The translations under genes and the position numbers were made by a program. Below, in pieces: positions 8,998 through 18,949 of a DNA stretch of 64,000 nucleotides (position 1 is its first letter; every line of letters starts with the position of its first letter). The notes under the pieces are model-generated. The model searched no databases. It saw only the letters and a list, made by a program, of their open reading frames with translations, and was not told where the DNA came from. This stretch comes from Candidatus Woesearchaeota archaeon (GTDB lineage: Archaea > Nanobdellota > Nanobdellia > Woesearchaeales > WJKR01). The DNA is taken from assembly GCA_016927245.1 (NCBI GenBank), contig JAFGNA010000017.1:17242-81241 (forward strand), given 5' to 3'.

Positions 8998-9377
8998 CAC
9001 GACCCCCACTCGCGCTTCCAGTCATCCTCACGCCTCGGCGCGCGAGCGAGGGTGATGACGAGGTGCGCGAGGACTAATAAGAAGGCGAGCCCTGAGAGGA
9101 CGAAGAGGACGACCCCCGCCATTACTTCCCCTTGGGGAGCGGCTCCCCAGTGCAGCGCGGCGTACGCGACGATGGCGATGAGCGCGACGACATCAGCAAC
9201 CATCGTATACGCGCGTCGTTCGCCGCGTATGCACGCGCGCACGAGGAGAAGCACTGAGAGGAGCCCGAGCAAGGACCAAGAAGCGGTGCTGGCAGCCCTT
9301 GCTGGCGTGATGCCGACCTTGATCCACGCGAGCAGCGCTAATGAGAGGAGGTAGGTGAGCGTGAAGTGCGCGTTCAT
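8997..9377 (-). CDS. membrane protein
   Basis: Four hydrophobic segments; TTAAATA TATA-like element upstream. Confidence 0.7.
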   Translation of the reverse strand: MNAHFTLTYLLSLALLAWIKVGITPARAASTASWSLLGLLSVLLLVRACIRGERRAYTMVADVVALIAIVAYAALHWGAAPQGEVMAGVVLFVLSGLAFLLVLAHLVITLARAPRREDDWKREWGS

Positions 9378-9434
9378 GGGCGGTCACATGGGAAGAGCGC
9401 GTATTTAAGCGTTCTCTTTTGGGGCTGCGCGCGT

Positions 9435-9689
9435 CTATGAGAACGAGACTTTCTGGCCTAGTGCCTGCCCTGGCACGCCCTTGTCGAACAAGACCCTGAC
9501 AGCGCCTGAGTTGCCGTGCGCGCTCGCAACGTTCCCGACCAGGTCTCGCTTGCCCGTGTGCCACTTCACCGTCTTGCCGACTAGCTGCTCGGCTTGCTCA
9601 CGAGAATCGCAGCCCTCTGGCCTGACGATGACGTGGTTGCCGTCGGTGGTGTGCCGGTTCTGGCGGTAGTGCACGATGACGCCTTCCAT
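9435..9689 (-). CDS. rpl35ae: 50S ribosomal protein L35ae
   Basis: MEGVIVHYR...LVGKTVKW...AHGNSGAVRVLF.KG.PGQALG. Confidence 0.92.
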   Translation of the reverse strand: MEGVIVHYRQNRHTTDGNHVIVRPEGCDSREQAEQLVGKTVKWHTGKRDLVGNVASAHGNSGAVRVLFDKGVPGQALGQKVSFS

Positions 9690-9733
9690 ACGTGCCGAGA
9701 ACAACCATCCATTTATAAAAGTTGCTGTGCGTT

Positions 9734-11608
9734 TCAGCTCTTCTTCGGCGAGAGCTTGCGCAAGATGTGCTGCTTGCCGCGCCACACGAGGGCTTCCTTG
9801 AGGACCTCGCTGATGTGGTCGACGGGGACCAAGGAGATGCTCCTTAGCTTGGCGGCGTCGATGACGATGTCCTGGACGTTGGAGCGAGGAACGATGACTG
9901 TCTTGATGCCCGCGTCAATCGCGGCTTCGACCTTGCTCGACACCCCACCAACAGGGAGGACCTCTCCGCGCACGGAGAGCGAGCCGGTCATCGCCACGGT
10001 CTGCTTGACAGGGATGTCTTTCAGGGCTGAGATGATGGCCGTCGCCACGGCGACGGAGGCCGAGTCGCCTTCTACGCCTTCGTACGTCTGGAGGAACTGG
10101 AGGTAGATGTCGTGCTTCTTGCGGATGTCCGTGCCGAAGTACTTCATGATGATAGCGGAGACGTTCGTCACCGCCTCCTTGGCGATGTCTCCTAGCTTCC
10201 CCGTGGCGATAATCTGCTTGCGCTCGCCGCCAGGCGTGACCTCGGCTTCGATGGGGAGGATGATGCCTGATAACTGGTTCTCCGCGCCCATCACGGCGAG
10301 GCCGTTCACCCGGCCGACCGCTTCCCCGGTCACGGTGATGACCTCGTACTCCTTCTTCCTTTCCAGGTACTTGTCCGCTATCTGCTTCTCCAAGGTGCGC
10401 GCGTAGACAGCGGCTTCCTTGATGTGCTTTGGCTCGACGAGCTTCGCCCCGACGCCTTTGGCCACGTCGCCCGCGGCCCTGACGAGTCCTCCGAGCTCGC
10501 GCAATCGCAGGGTGAGGTGGCCTTTCCTGTTCGCCCGCCTCCTCGCTTCTTCCACCATTTGTTCGGCCGCCTTGCGCGAGAAGTGTGGTATCTTGCCGTC
10601 CTTCACGACCTCTTGGGCTACGAACACCGCTATCTTCTCGCGGTTCTCCTTGGTGTCAGGCATGGTGTCCGCCATGAACACCTCGTAGCCGTAGCCCCTG
10701 ATGCGGCTGCGCAGCGCTGGGTGCATGTGCTTGATCGTCTCGAGGTTGCCAGCGGCGACCATGACGAAATTACAAGGGACTGGCTCGGTGCGGACCATGG
10801 CGCCCGCTGACCGCTCTGACTGTCCGGTGATGGAGAACTTTCCTTCTTGGATGGCGGTCAGTAGTTCTTGTTGCGTGCTCGGCGCGAGCGTGGCGATCTC
10901 ATCGACGAACAGGACGCCCATGTGCGCCTTGTGGATCATGCCAGCGACGACGCGCTCATTCGCCGGCGTCCCTAGTCCTCCGCTCTGGAACGGGTCGTGC
11001 AGGACGTCTCCTAGCAAGGCGCCTGCGTGGCTGCCCGTGGCGTCGAAGAACGGCGCTTGGCCGCGGCCGAAGTTGTCCACGATCACCTTTGGGGGTGGGG
11101 TGGCGTTCTTGCCGTTCATCTTCTTGCCGAGGTTGAGGAACATGACGAACCCTATCATGATGGCGAGGCCGCCGAGGAAGAACGCGGCGAACATGATGTC
11201 TGATTGGTATTTCGAGCGCACCCACCACGGCGCGATCATGGCGAGGATGGCGATGATGAGGATGAGGAATGATTGGTTCTTGAACAGCTTCGCGTTCTCC
11301 ATCCTGTTCGTCGCGACGATGTCCCGTCCTTTGCCGGCGGCGACGGTGCGGATGAGCGGTTGGTTCTCGTCGTTGGGGTTGGGGAAGCTGAGCACGTCGA
11401 CGAGCTTCTCCTTGGGCAACAACTCGGCGAGGGCGAGGCCGAGCATGCTCTTCCCCGTGCCTGGCTCGCCGATGAGGAGGACGTGCCTCCGTTGCAGGGA
11501 AGCCTTCCTGATGATCTCTGCCGCTGCTTCCTGGCCGACGACCTGGTCGATGATGCGCTTGCTCGTCTTGATGTCGGCCGTGCTCTTGAACGTGAAGCCT
11601 TCGCCCAT
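9734..11608 (-). CDS. lonB: archaeal membrane-bound Lon protease (LonB)
   Basis: Walker [11 protein letters not shown] insertion, LLGDV.HDP.QSGG, catalytic EGDSAS and K in VSSKVEAA. Confidence 0.95.
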   Translation of the reverse strand: MGEGFTFKSTADIKTSKRIIDQVVGQEAAAEIIRKASLQRRHVLLIGEPGTGKSMLGLALAELLPKEKLVDVLSFPNPNDENQPLIRTVAAGKGRDIVATNRMENAKLFKNQSFLILIIAILAMIAPWWVRSKYQSDIMFAAFFLGGLAIMIGFVMFLNLGKKMNGKNATPPPKVIVDNFGRGQAPFFDATGSHAGALLGDVLHDPFQSGGLGTPANERVVAGMIHKAHMGVLFVDEIATLAPSTQQELLTAIQEGKFSITGQSERSAGAMVRTEPVPCNFVMVAAGNLETIKHMHPALRSRIRGYGYEVFMADTMPDTKENREKIAVFVAQEVVKDGKIPHFSRKAAEQMVEEARRRANRKGHLTLRLRELGGLVRAAGDVAKGVGAKLVEPKHIKEAAVYARTLEKQIADKYLERKKEYEVITVTGEAVGRVNGLAVMGAENQLSGIILPIEAEVTPGGERKQIIATGKLGDIAKEAVTNVSAIIMKYFGTDIRKKHDIYLQFLQTYEGVEGDSASVAVATAIISALKDIPVKQTVAMTGSLSVRGEVLPVGGVSSKVEAAIDAGIKTVIVPRSNVQDIVIDAAKLRSISLVPVDHISEVLKEALVWRGKQHILRKLSPKKS

Positions 11609-11716
11609 GGGAGTGGAAAAAGGAAGCATTATTTATAAATATAATGGAAATCTGGTCCGGAGGGGGTTCGGTGGCGGAGGCGTAACGCGCTTAAAAGAAC
11701 ATCCTTCTGTGGGTGT

Positions 11717-12058
11717 ATGCGCATCCCTGACCGCGCCTTGCTCGCCATCAGCCTGGGCGTCAGCGCCCTCGGGATAGGCGGCCTCGCCGTACTCTTTGCC
11801 TGCGCCGAGGTGCCTGAGGCGAGTATCCTCGAAGCGAATGGGCTGGAGGACGGCGCAGGCGTCACGATCACCGGAGAAATAGTTTCTGTCCGTCAAGGAG
11901 CGGCGACGACGCACTTCACCATCGCGCAGACGTGCACGATCGATGCAGTGGCGTTCGAGAACGTCAGCCTCGCTCCCGGGATGACCGTCACGGTAACCGG
12001 GGAGATGGACACCTACAAGGGGGAGCGTGAATTGGTGGTGAGCGGCATCCGCTCATGA
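11717..12058 (+). CDS. membrane-anchored OB-fold protein
   Basis: N-terminal TM segment; V.ITGEI...VTVTGEMDTYKGERELV OB-fold pattern. Confidence 0.75.
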   Translation: MRIPDRALLAISLGVSALGIGGLAVLFACAEVPEASILEANGLEDGAGVTITGEIVSVRQGAATTHFTIAQTCTIDAVAFENVSLAPGMTVTVTGEMDTYKGERELVVSGIRS

Positions 12059-12460
12059 CTGGTCCTGCCTGGTCCGCGCGTAATCCGTTTCGGGGTCATT
12101 CCCGAGCGTGTGGTCGTACGCCGTCGCGGAGTTACCGTTGAACAGGTTGTTAAGGTGTTTCTGGTTCACGACCGGGCCGCGCAGCTCCTCATGGTAATTC
12201 GACCATTGGTTCATCTCCTCCTGTATCTCAGCGGAGATGCCCGCGTACAAAGGACTCGGTTGCTTCGCTTCCTCGGCGTCATGCCGATAGTGCTTGGCCT
12301 CGCCGTTGCTGGGCGAGTGGTACACTGCCATGATGACGCCGGGCGTGGGGATGAGCAGCGGGTTAATCTTGGTGAACTTGTTCCGCGCGTACGCGCCTTT
12401 TACGTTGTTCTCAGCCTCAATCCTCATCACGAGGCCGTCTTCCTGTCCTTGCAAGCGCAT
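12053..12460 (-). CDS. hypothetical protein
   Basis: ATG at 12460 preceded by GGAGG; TTTTATAA TATA upstream. Confidence 0.6.
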   Translation of the reverse strand: MRLQGQEDGLVMRIEAENNVKGAYARNKFTKINPLLIPTPGVIMAVYHSPSNGEAKHYRHDAEEAKQPSPLYAGISAEIQEEMNQWSNYHEELRGPVVNQKHLNNLFNGNSATAYDHTLGNDPETDYARTRQDQS

Positions 12461-12538
12461 GGTTGAACCTCCAGGTTTCCGAATGATTGCCGCTCCTGAG
12501 AAGAGGAACCTTATAAAAGTTTCCTTGCTGCCGAGCAC

Positions 12539-13732
12539 ATGCTCGTCATCGCCATCATCGCAGGGATAATCTGCGGCGTCGTCACAGGCCTCACCCCAGG
12601 CATCCACGTGAACCTGATATCAGCGACATTAGTCTCAGTATCACCAATCATCATCCCCATCGCAGGCGTCCTCCCGGCGTGCTGTTTCATCATCGCCATG
12701 GCAACAACCCACAGCTTCTTAGACGCCCTTCCAAGCGTCTTCTTAGGAGCGCCAGAAGCGGCGACAGCCCTAGGCGTTCTCCCCGGCCACAGATACTTAT
12801 TGAAGGGCCAGGGACTCATGGCCGTGAAGCTCACCATCATCGGCAGCCTAGGCAGTCTCATCCTCTCAGGGCTCCTGTTCCCCTTCCTGCTCCCTCTCGT
12901 CGCGTGGGGCTATCCCTACCTGCAATCCGTCATCGGCTACCTCTTGGCGGCCATAGCGCTGTTCATGATCCTCAGGGATAGAAAAATGCTGTGGGCAGGG
13001 TTCATCTTCCTGCTCTCAGGGCTCTTAGGCTACCTCGTCCTCAACCTGCCCGGGTTAGAGAATCCGTTGTTCCCGTTATTATCAGGATTGTTCGGCGTCG
13101 CCACCCTCCTCATCAGCCTGAACGAATCATCGAGCCTGCCACCACAGCAGGACCTGCCCTACACGGACGTGGATGGCAAGAGGACGTTGCAGGCGTTCGG
13201 CAGCGGCACGTTCTCCGGTTTCATAACGGCTGTGCTGCCCGGCATCGGCGCAGCCACCGCCGCGGTGCTGAGCATGCAGATCACCCGCAAATTAGGAGAC
13301 CACGGCTTCATGGTATTAATGGGTGGTATCGGCACGGCGAACTTCGTCCTTTCTCTCGTCACGTTGCAGGCGTTGGGCAAGGCGAGGAACGGCGCGTTGG
13401 TCGCGGTGAAGACGCTCTTCGAAGGAGTCCAATTGTCACATATCCTCGTCTTCCTCTGCACCGCCATGGTCGCGGGGGGAGTCGCGGCCGTGCTCGCGCT
13501 GCGGTTAGGCAGGAGCTTCGCGAAGCTCATGAGCAGGCTTCCTTACAAGACCGTCTTGCTTTGCGTCATCGGGCTCATCATCCTCTTGACGCCCGTCCTC
13601 TCCGGCGTCGTCGGCGTGCTCATCCTCGTCACGAGCACCGCGGTTGGGCTGTTGCCGGCTATCAAGAAGGTGAGCAGGACGCAGGCGATGGGGTGCTTGT
13701 TGGTGCCGGTGATGGTGTACTTCCTGCTGTGA
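12539..13732 (+). CDS. tripartite tricarboxylate transporter TctA family permease
   Basis: GLTPGIHVN, PSVFLGAPE, VLPGH motifs; many TM segments. Confidence 0.88.
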   Translation: MLVIAIIAGIICGVVTGLTPGIHVNLISATLVSVSPIIIPIAGVLPACCFIIAMATTHSFLDALPSVFLGAPEAATALGVLPGHRYLLKGQGLMAVKLTIIGSLGSLILSGLLFPFLLPLVAWGYPYLQSVIGYLLAAIALFMILRDRKMLWAGFIFLLSGLLGYLVLNLPGLENPLFPLLSGLFGVATLLISLNESSSLPPQQDLPYTDVDGKRTLQAFGSGTFSGFITAVLPGIGAATAAVLSMQITRKLGDHGFMVLMGGIGTANFVLSLVTLQALGKARNGALVAVKTLFEGVQLSHILVFLCTAMVAGGVAAVLALRLGRSFAKLMSRLPYKTVLLCVIGLIILLTPVLSGVVGVLILVTSTAVGLLPAIKKVSRTQAMGCLLVPVMVYFLL

Positions 13733-13767
13733 AAAGTTTTATAAATGCGTGGTGCGTTGCGGTGGGG

Positions 13768-14280
13768 ATGCGCGCCTCGTCATCTTTTCTTGCCGTTCTT
13801 TCATTGCTCTTGCTCTCTGGTTGCGTCACGCTCGAGGAGCGCTTCCTCCCTGCTGAGGAGGACGGGCGGGTCTTGGATAATGACCAGCTCGCGCGTCCTG
13901 CGAGCAGCCATGAGCGGTTCACTATTGATGATCCCGTCACGTTGCGGCGCGGGGGGAGCGTCACGGTCAATGCTGGCTTCTTCAATGTCGGCGGGCAGGC
14001 GGTGGTCATGGTGGCAGGCCCTGATGCCCTTGTCGGCTTCGGTGAGGCTGAGCGGGAGAACACTCTTGTCTGCGTCGGGGAGAACTCGTACGAGTACACC
14101 ATGCAGCTCCGCACGCCGTTTGCGAACGTGAGCGGCTTTGAGGGCGTGGGGTTGGTGTTGGAGTTCGTCGATGATCACGGCATCGCTACTGACAAGGTTA
14201 CGTGTCCCGTCGCGGTCATCAATGTCGGGACGACTGAGCGGCTCTTGTTCAAGGATGTGACCGTCGACATCATTGATTGA
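13768..14280 (+). CDS. lipoprotein
   Basis: Lipobox LLLSGC; TTTATAAA TATA upstream. Confidence 0.7.
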   Translation: MRASSSFLAVLSLLLLSGCVTLEERFLPAEEDGRVLDNDQLARPASSHERFTIDDPVTLRRGGSVTVNAGFFNVGGQAVVMVAGPDALVGFGEAERENTLVCVGENSYEYTMQLRTPFANVSGFEGVGLVLEFVDDHGIATDKVTCPVAVINVGTTERLLFKDVTVDIID

Positions 14281-15544
14281 GCCGTTCGAGGGTCGTTGTC
14301 GAGATGAGTTCCTGCACCGTCCCTTTCTTCTCCTCGCCTGTCTGGAGGTCTCGGAGCGTGTACTTGCCTGCTTTGCGCTCGTCTTCGCCGACGAAGAGGG
14401 CGTAGGGGATGCCGTACGCGTCGGCGTATCGGAGGTTCTTGCTCGGCCCTCTTCCCATGAGGTCGACGTCCGTGTTCACGCCTGCTGCGCGGAGTTCTCG
14501 CACGACGGTCGTGGCGTCGGCGTCGCCGATGGGGATGACGTAGATTTGCGTCAACGATTTCTTCGCGGTGATCTTCCCTTGCTTCTTGAGCACGTCGAGG
14601 ATGGGTTCGAAGCCGAACGCGAGGCCCGTGGCGGGGATTGCTTGCTTGCTCCCTAGGTAGTTGCCGATCATGTCGTCGTAGCGCCCCCCGCCGGCTAGGG
14701 AGATAGGGAGGTCCTTGCTGTACACTTCGAAGACAGGACCGGTGTAGTACGCGAGGCCTCGCGCCAGTGAGGGGAAGAACACCACTCTTTCGTCCTTTGG
14801 GAGGAGGGAGAAGAGTTCTTTGAGCTCCTTGGCTCCTTCGTTCCTTGGCAGGAGCTGCTCGTAGTCGTCCAGGGTTTTCTCTTTGAGGCTCTTGATGACG
14901 GCTTCCGCTTCTTCCTTGTCGAATCCTTTGTCCTTGAGTTCTGCGATGACTCCTTCCTCGCCTGCCTTGTCGAGCTTGTCAAGCGTGATGATGACGGTCT
15001 CTGCCAGTTCTGGCGAGATGCCTGCTTGTTCGATCAGTGCTGAGAGCAGTTTGCGGTTGTTGACGCGTACTTCGACGTCGAGGCCGAGGGCGCTGAAGAC
15101 GTCCAGCACGACCCTGATGATCTCCGCGTCCGCTTGCATGGCTTTGCAGCCGACGATGTCGACGTCGTATTGCCAGAACTCGCGGTAGCGTCCTTGCTTG
15201 ATGGGGCCGTCTCTGTAGACCTTGCCGATCTGGTAGCGCTTGAACGGCAGCTTGAGCTCGGGGTTCATCCCGACGTACCTCGCGAGGGGGACGGTGAGGT
15301 CGAACCTGAGCCCGAGTTCTCGTCCTCCTTGGTCTTGGAAGCGGAAGACCTCTTTCATGACGTCGGCTGTTTCGCCTCCTGCGTACTTGGCTGCGAGGAC
15401 GTCCATGCGTTCTATGACGGGCGTCTCGAGGGGTGCGAAGCCGTAGCGTTCGAAGATGTTCGTGAGGGTCTTGGTGAGTTCTTGCCGTGCGATCTTGTCT
15501 TCTGGGGGGAAGTCCCTGGTGCCTCGTGCGAGTTGGAGCTTCAT
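14270..15544 (-). CDS. hisS: histidine--tRNA ligase
   Basis: RGTRDF, LRFDLTVPLARY, GRYREFWQ, ARGLAYYTG, GGGRYD. Confidence 0.97.
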   Translation of the reverse strand: MKLQLARGTRDFPPEDKIARQELTKTLTNIFERYGFAPLETPVIERMDVLAAKYAGGETADVMKEVFRFQDQGGRELGLRFDLTVPLARYVGMNPELKLPFKRYQIGKVYRDGPIKQGRYREFWQYDVDIVGCKAMQADAEIIRVVLDVFSALGLDVEVRVNNRKLLSALIEQAGISPELAETVIITLDKLDKAGEEGVIAELKDKGFDKEEAEAVIKSLKEKTLDDYEQLLPRNEGAKELKELFSLLPKDERVVFFPSLARGLAYYTGPVFEVYSKDLPISLAGGGRYDDMIGNYLGSKQAIPATGLAFGFEPILDVLKKQGKITAKKSLTQIYVIPIGDADATTVVRELRAAGVNTDVDLMGRGPSKNLRYADAYGIPYALFVGEDERKAGKYTLRDLQTGEEKKGTVQELISTTTLERLNQ

Positions 15545-15587
15545 GGGGTACCACCTGGTCGTCGTGGTATATATAGGTTTGTGAACA

Positions 15588-15663
15588 TGGGGAGGTAGGC
15601 GGGAGTCGAACCCGCGTCTGGAGCTCCACAGGCTCCCATGCTAGCCGTTACACTACTACCTCC
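15588..15663 (-). tRNA. tRNA-His(GUG) with encoded G-1, C73 and CCA
   Basis: Acceptor GAGGTAG/CTACCTC, anticodon arm GGAGC-CTGTGGA-GCTCC, T-arm GCGGG-TTCGACT-CCCGC. Confidence 0.95.
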
Positions 15664-15774
15664 ATGGATGAACATAACCGCCTGGAGAAGGAGAGCTGGC
15701 GCTGGCGGTGTCATCGCCGGTGATGAACTGGACCAACTCTTTGGATCATGGTGGGGTGGCTACTCAGAGTCATT

Positions 15775-16566
15775 TTATAAAGATTGTGTTTTGTTGTCGA
15801 AATATTTCCTGAATCGGTCTCTGCGCGCGAGGACGGTGTCGGCGTAGGCTTGGCCTGCGGCGTTGGCGTATCGTGGTCCTTGGTTGTACTTGGCGAGGAC
15901 GTCGCGTTCCTGCCTCGTGGTGGTGTAGAGCTGGTCGAGGTGCTGGGCCATGCGGTCGAGTGCTTGGCGGCTGTCGAAGGGGTTGATGGCTTTCCAGATG
16001 GTGGTGTCCTCGTTGTTGTAGGGGTGGTCGAGGTAGATGTATTTGGTCAGTTGCGCCGGTCCGAGCGCGCCTGTCGCTGACACCGCCCATTCGTGGCCTC
16101 CTGCTTCCACGCTGAAGATGGCGGCGAGGGTTTCTGGCTTGACGCGCGGGTAGCGGTTGTTAGCTTCGAGGATGTCGTGCTTGTGGGTTTGCAGGAATCG
16201 TTCGAGTGTCTGCTCGTCTCCGCCTGTTCCGGAGGTTGTTCCGAGCAGCCATGCCAGCCCTTTCTCGCCGTAGCGCTGGCGGTCGCGGTAGATTTCCTGT
16301 CCTGTCTTGCGCCTCGCGTGGAAGCGGTTGTACTCGATGTCCGGCTTGCCGTCGGCTGCTCGCAGGTAGCCTCCTTTGAGGGTGTCGAGGCGGGGGATGG
16401 CGTAGATGAGGAGGTCTTTGATGTGGCTTCGTTGCTCTGCGAGCTGTTCTTGGGTGATGAGGGCTGCTCGTTCCTCTCTTGTGGTGTGCTGTGGGGGTTC
16501 TGTGCTCGGGGTGTTGAGGGTTCCGAGCAGGCCTATGCTGAGCAGTGCTCTTTTCCAGGACGACAT
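15775..16566 (-). CDS. exported lytic transglycosylase (SLT domain) protein
   Basis: Signal-like N-terminus; LAAIFSVEAGG..AVSATGALGPAQL and LAKYNQGP match SLT motifs. Confidence 0.8.
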   Translation of the reverse strand: MSSWKRALLSIGLLGTLNTPSTEPPQHTTREERAALITQEQLAEQRSHIKDLLIYAIPRLDTLKGGYLRAADGKPDIEYNRFHARRKTGQEIYRDRQRYGEKGLAWLLGTTSGTGGDEQTLERFLQTHKHDILEANNRYPRVKPETLAAIFSVEAGGHEWAVSATGALGPAQLTKYIYLDHPYNNEDTTIWKAINPFDSRQALDRMAQHLDQLYTTTRQERDVLAKYNQGPRYANAAGQAYADTVLARRDRFRKYFDNKTQSL

Positions 16567-16770
16567 AATAATACCTCTTTTTACTACTAAATAATAACTA
16601 TATTTACTTATTTATATGTTTTTTGTTTTTGCGCGCGAGCAGAGACTCAGCGGCAAGCCCGGCAAGAAGCCACAGCCAGGCAGCACCGCAGGACAGCACA
16701 GGAATTTATAAATCTGCCGTCCCGCAAGCACAGAAACGCATATAAAAGCAAAGGTGTGCCTACGCGCGCC

Positions 16771-16843
16771 GGGCCCATGGTCTAGTGGCTATGACGTCTC
16801 CCTTACACGGAGAAGGCCGCCGGTTCGAGTCCGGCTGGGCCCA
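16771..16843 (+). tRNA. tRNA-Val(UAC), CCA not encoded
   Basis: Acceptor GGGCCCA/TGGGCCC, anticodon arm TCTCC-CTTACAC-GGAGA, TTCGAGT T-loop; TATAAAA upstream. Confidence 0.95.
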
Positions 16844-16889
16844 GAACAAGAAGCAAAGACTTATATACCAGTATAGGGTTATGTACACC

Positions 16890-17678
16890 ATGGATGTCGC
16901 GATGCTCAGCAACCTCAACAGCCACCCCCAAGGAAGCCACGAAGACCGCATCTTCAGCATCCTCTTCCAAGAGGACGAGCTCACCTGGCAGACCATCATC
17001 CACGACCTCGTCAAGACCGAGCAGATGGACCCCTGGGACATCAACATCGGCACCATCGCGGACAAGTTCATCACCATGCTCAGGAAGATGCAAGAGATGG
17101 ACTTCCGAATAGGAGGAAAGATGATACTCGCCGCGGCCATCCTCCTCAAGCTCAAGAGCGACAAGCTCATGAAAGAGGACATCGTCGCCCTCGACGCCCT
17201 CATCAACAGCACAGAAGACGACTACGTCAGCCTCCTCGACGACCTCCAAGGGTTCTCCGGCGTGTTCGCCAAGCACGAAGAGAAGCCAAAGCTCATCCCG
17301 AGGACGCCGCAGCCGCGGCAACGAAAAGTCAGCGTGTACGACCTCGTCGAAGCGCTGGAAAAAGCCCTGGAGACCGAGACGAGGAAGCAGTTCCGCTCCG
17401 TCAACAACGCCCCAGAAGTCAAGGTGCCCGAGAAGAGCACGGACATGACCGCGCTCATCAACACCCTCCTCGGCACCATCAAGAAACGGCTGAGCATCAC
17501 GAGGACCATCACGTTCGACCAGCTCATCCCCAGCCCGAGCAAAGAAGACAAGGTGTACACGTTCATCCCCTTACTGCACCTAGACACCCAGCGAAAGATA
17601 GAACTGCTGCAGAAGCAGCACTTCGGCACCATCAACATAAAATTAAATAAAGCCCGGCTTAATTCTACTGATCGATAG
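16890..17678 (+). CDS. scpA: segregation/condensation protein A (SMC kleisin)
   Basis: MDPWDINI, G..ILAAAILLKLKSD, TFIPLLHL, Q..HFG.I. Confidence 0.92.
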   Translation: MDVAMLSNLNSHPQGSHEDRIFSILFQEDELTWQTIIHDLVKTEQMDPWDINIGTIADKFITMLRKMQEMDFRIGGKMILAAAILLKLKSDKLMKEDIVALDALINSTEDDYVSLLDDLQGFSGVFAKHEEKPKLIPRTPQPRQRKVSVYDLVEALEKALETETRKQFRSVNNAPEVKVPEKSTDMTALINTLLGTIKKRLSITRTITFDQLIPSPSKEDKVYTFIPLLHLDTQRKIELLQKQHFGTINIKLNKARLNSTDR

Positions 17679-17690
17679 TATCAACACCTC

Positions 17691-17725
17691 AAATAATAGT
17701 AAATCAACTATGAAAACTATTATTT
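17691..17725. repeat. 10-bp inverted repeat (terminator or operator candidate)
   Basis: AAATAATAGT-N15-ACTATTATTT just after the scpA stop. Confidence 0.4.
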
Positions 17726-17886
17726 AGATATGTTCGCTCGAACCCTCCACGATAACTAAGGAACTGCTCGCGGGCAACATCACAGAGAATAAAGAACTCC
17801 TCACGCTTCACAACACCCCGCCGACGACACCCAGAAGCGCAAGTGAAGGCACAACCTTTTTAAAAAAGAACGCTTTCTGGCAGAGG

Positions 17887-18555
17887 ATGCACGTCTACCT
17901 GACCAACTTCAACGGCACGCCCAACGTAGGACTGTTCGGCATCACCACTGACGACTACGTCCTCCTCGGCAAGGACGTGCCGGAAGCCCACGACCAGGAC
18001 ATCGAGAAAGCCTTGCAACACCCCATAAAACGCATCACGATAGCAGGCACCTCATTGATAGGCGTGTTCTGCCAATGGGCGAACGGCAAGCTCCTCATAC
18101 CGCAGATCACGTTCGACCAGGAACGACAAGCATTAGAGCAAGCAGGCATCCCCTACACCATCATCAAGACCAAGCTGACCTGCCTGGGCAACAACATCAT
18201 CCACTCCTCCAAGGCAGGCCTGCTCAACCCAGACTTCAAGGACGAAGAAGTGGAAGCCATCCAAGAAGCCCTAGGCGTGCCGTGCGAACGGAGCAGGATC
18301 ATGGAGATAGAAGCGCTCGGCGCCGTCGGCGTCATCCGCGACGGCAAAGGACTCTTCCACCGAGACATCCCCCCAGTCACGGTCAAGGAGCTAGAGGAGA
18401 AGCTCGGCATCGCCATCACGCTCGGCACCGTGAACATGGGAAACCCGTACATCAAGAGCGGCCTCCTCCTCGGCGAGCAAGGCTTCATCATAGGCGACGC
18501 CTCCGGCGGCCCTGAGATCACCAACGCCGACGAAGCATTAGGGTTCCTGGAGTGA
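17887..18555 (+). CDS. eif6: translation initiation factor 6
   Basis: TIAGTSLIG, LGNNI, GTVNMG.PYIKSG, T.ADEALGF; precedes pfdA-ftsY. Confidence 0.93.
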   Translation: MHVYLTNFNGTPNVGLFGITTDDYVLLGKDVPEAHDQDIEKALQHPIKRITIAGTSLIGVFCQWANGKLLIPQITFDQERQALEQAGIPYTIIKTKLTCLGNNIIHSSKAGLLNPDFKDEEVEAIQEALGVPCERSRIMEIEALGAVGVIRDGKGLFHRDIPPVTVKELEEKLGIAITLGTVNMGNPYIKSGLLLGEQGFIIGDASGGPEITNADEALGFLE

Positions 18556-18561
18556 CGCATA

Positions 18562-18948
18562 ATGGACGAACAACACCTGACGGAAACACAGCAGCTCACC
18601 CAGCAATTGCAGCAGCTGCAAGGTTACCTGCAGTTGCTCGAGGAACAGGCGCAAGAAGTCGCCAGGGCTATAGTGAGCATCGACGAATTGCAGGGCGTGC
18701 GGAAAGACACGGAGATGTACGTGCCCCTCACCAACGGCATCATGGTCAAGGCGAGGATGGAAGACGCGAGCAGGCTCCTCATCAATGTCGGCAACGACGT
18801 CATCACCGAGCACACCCCTGAACAAGCCAAGGAAATCCTCCAGGAACAGCAATCAGGGCTCGGCGAGACCCAGCAATCACTGATCAAGCAGTTCTCCGAG
18901 CTCTACCAGCGCTACATCCAGCTCCAGCTCGGACGAGAGAGAGGATGA
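18562..18948 (+). CDS. pfdA: prefoldin subunit alpha
   Basis: Coiled-coil/beta-hairpin with VPL..GI..KA, INVG..V..E; conserved synteny. Confidence 0.9.
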   Translation: MDEQHLTETQQLTQQLQQLQGYLQLLEEQAQEVARAIVSIDELQGVRKDTEMYVPLTNGIMVKARMEDASRLLINVGNDVITEHTPEQAKEILQEQQSGLGETQQSLIKQFSELYQRYIQLQLGRERG

Positions 18949-18949
18949 G

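Noticed and set aside
15700-15770. Box C/D sRNA
   Set aside because: A GTGATGA C-box-like word exists on the + strand, but no correctly placed CTGA D box follows.
15588-16843. Integrated element between tRNA-His and tRNA-Val
   Set aside because: No integrase, no duplicated tRNA 3' end and no compositional shift.
16785-16889. N-terminal extension of ScpA
   Set aside because: It runs through tRNA-Val; the real start is downstream.
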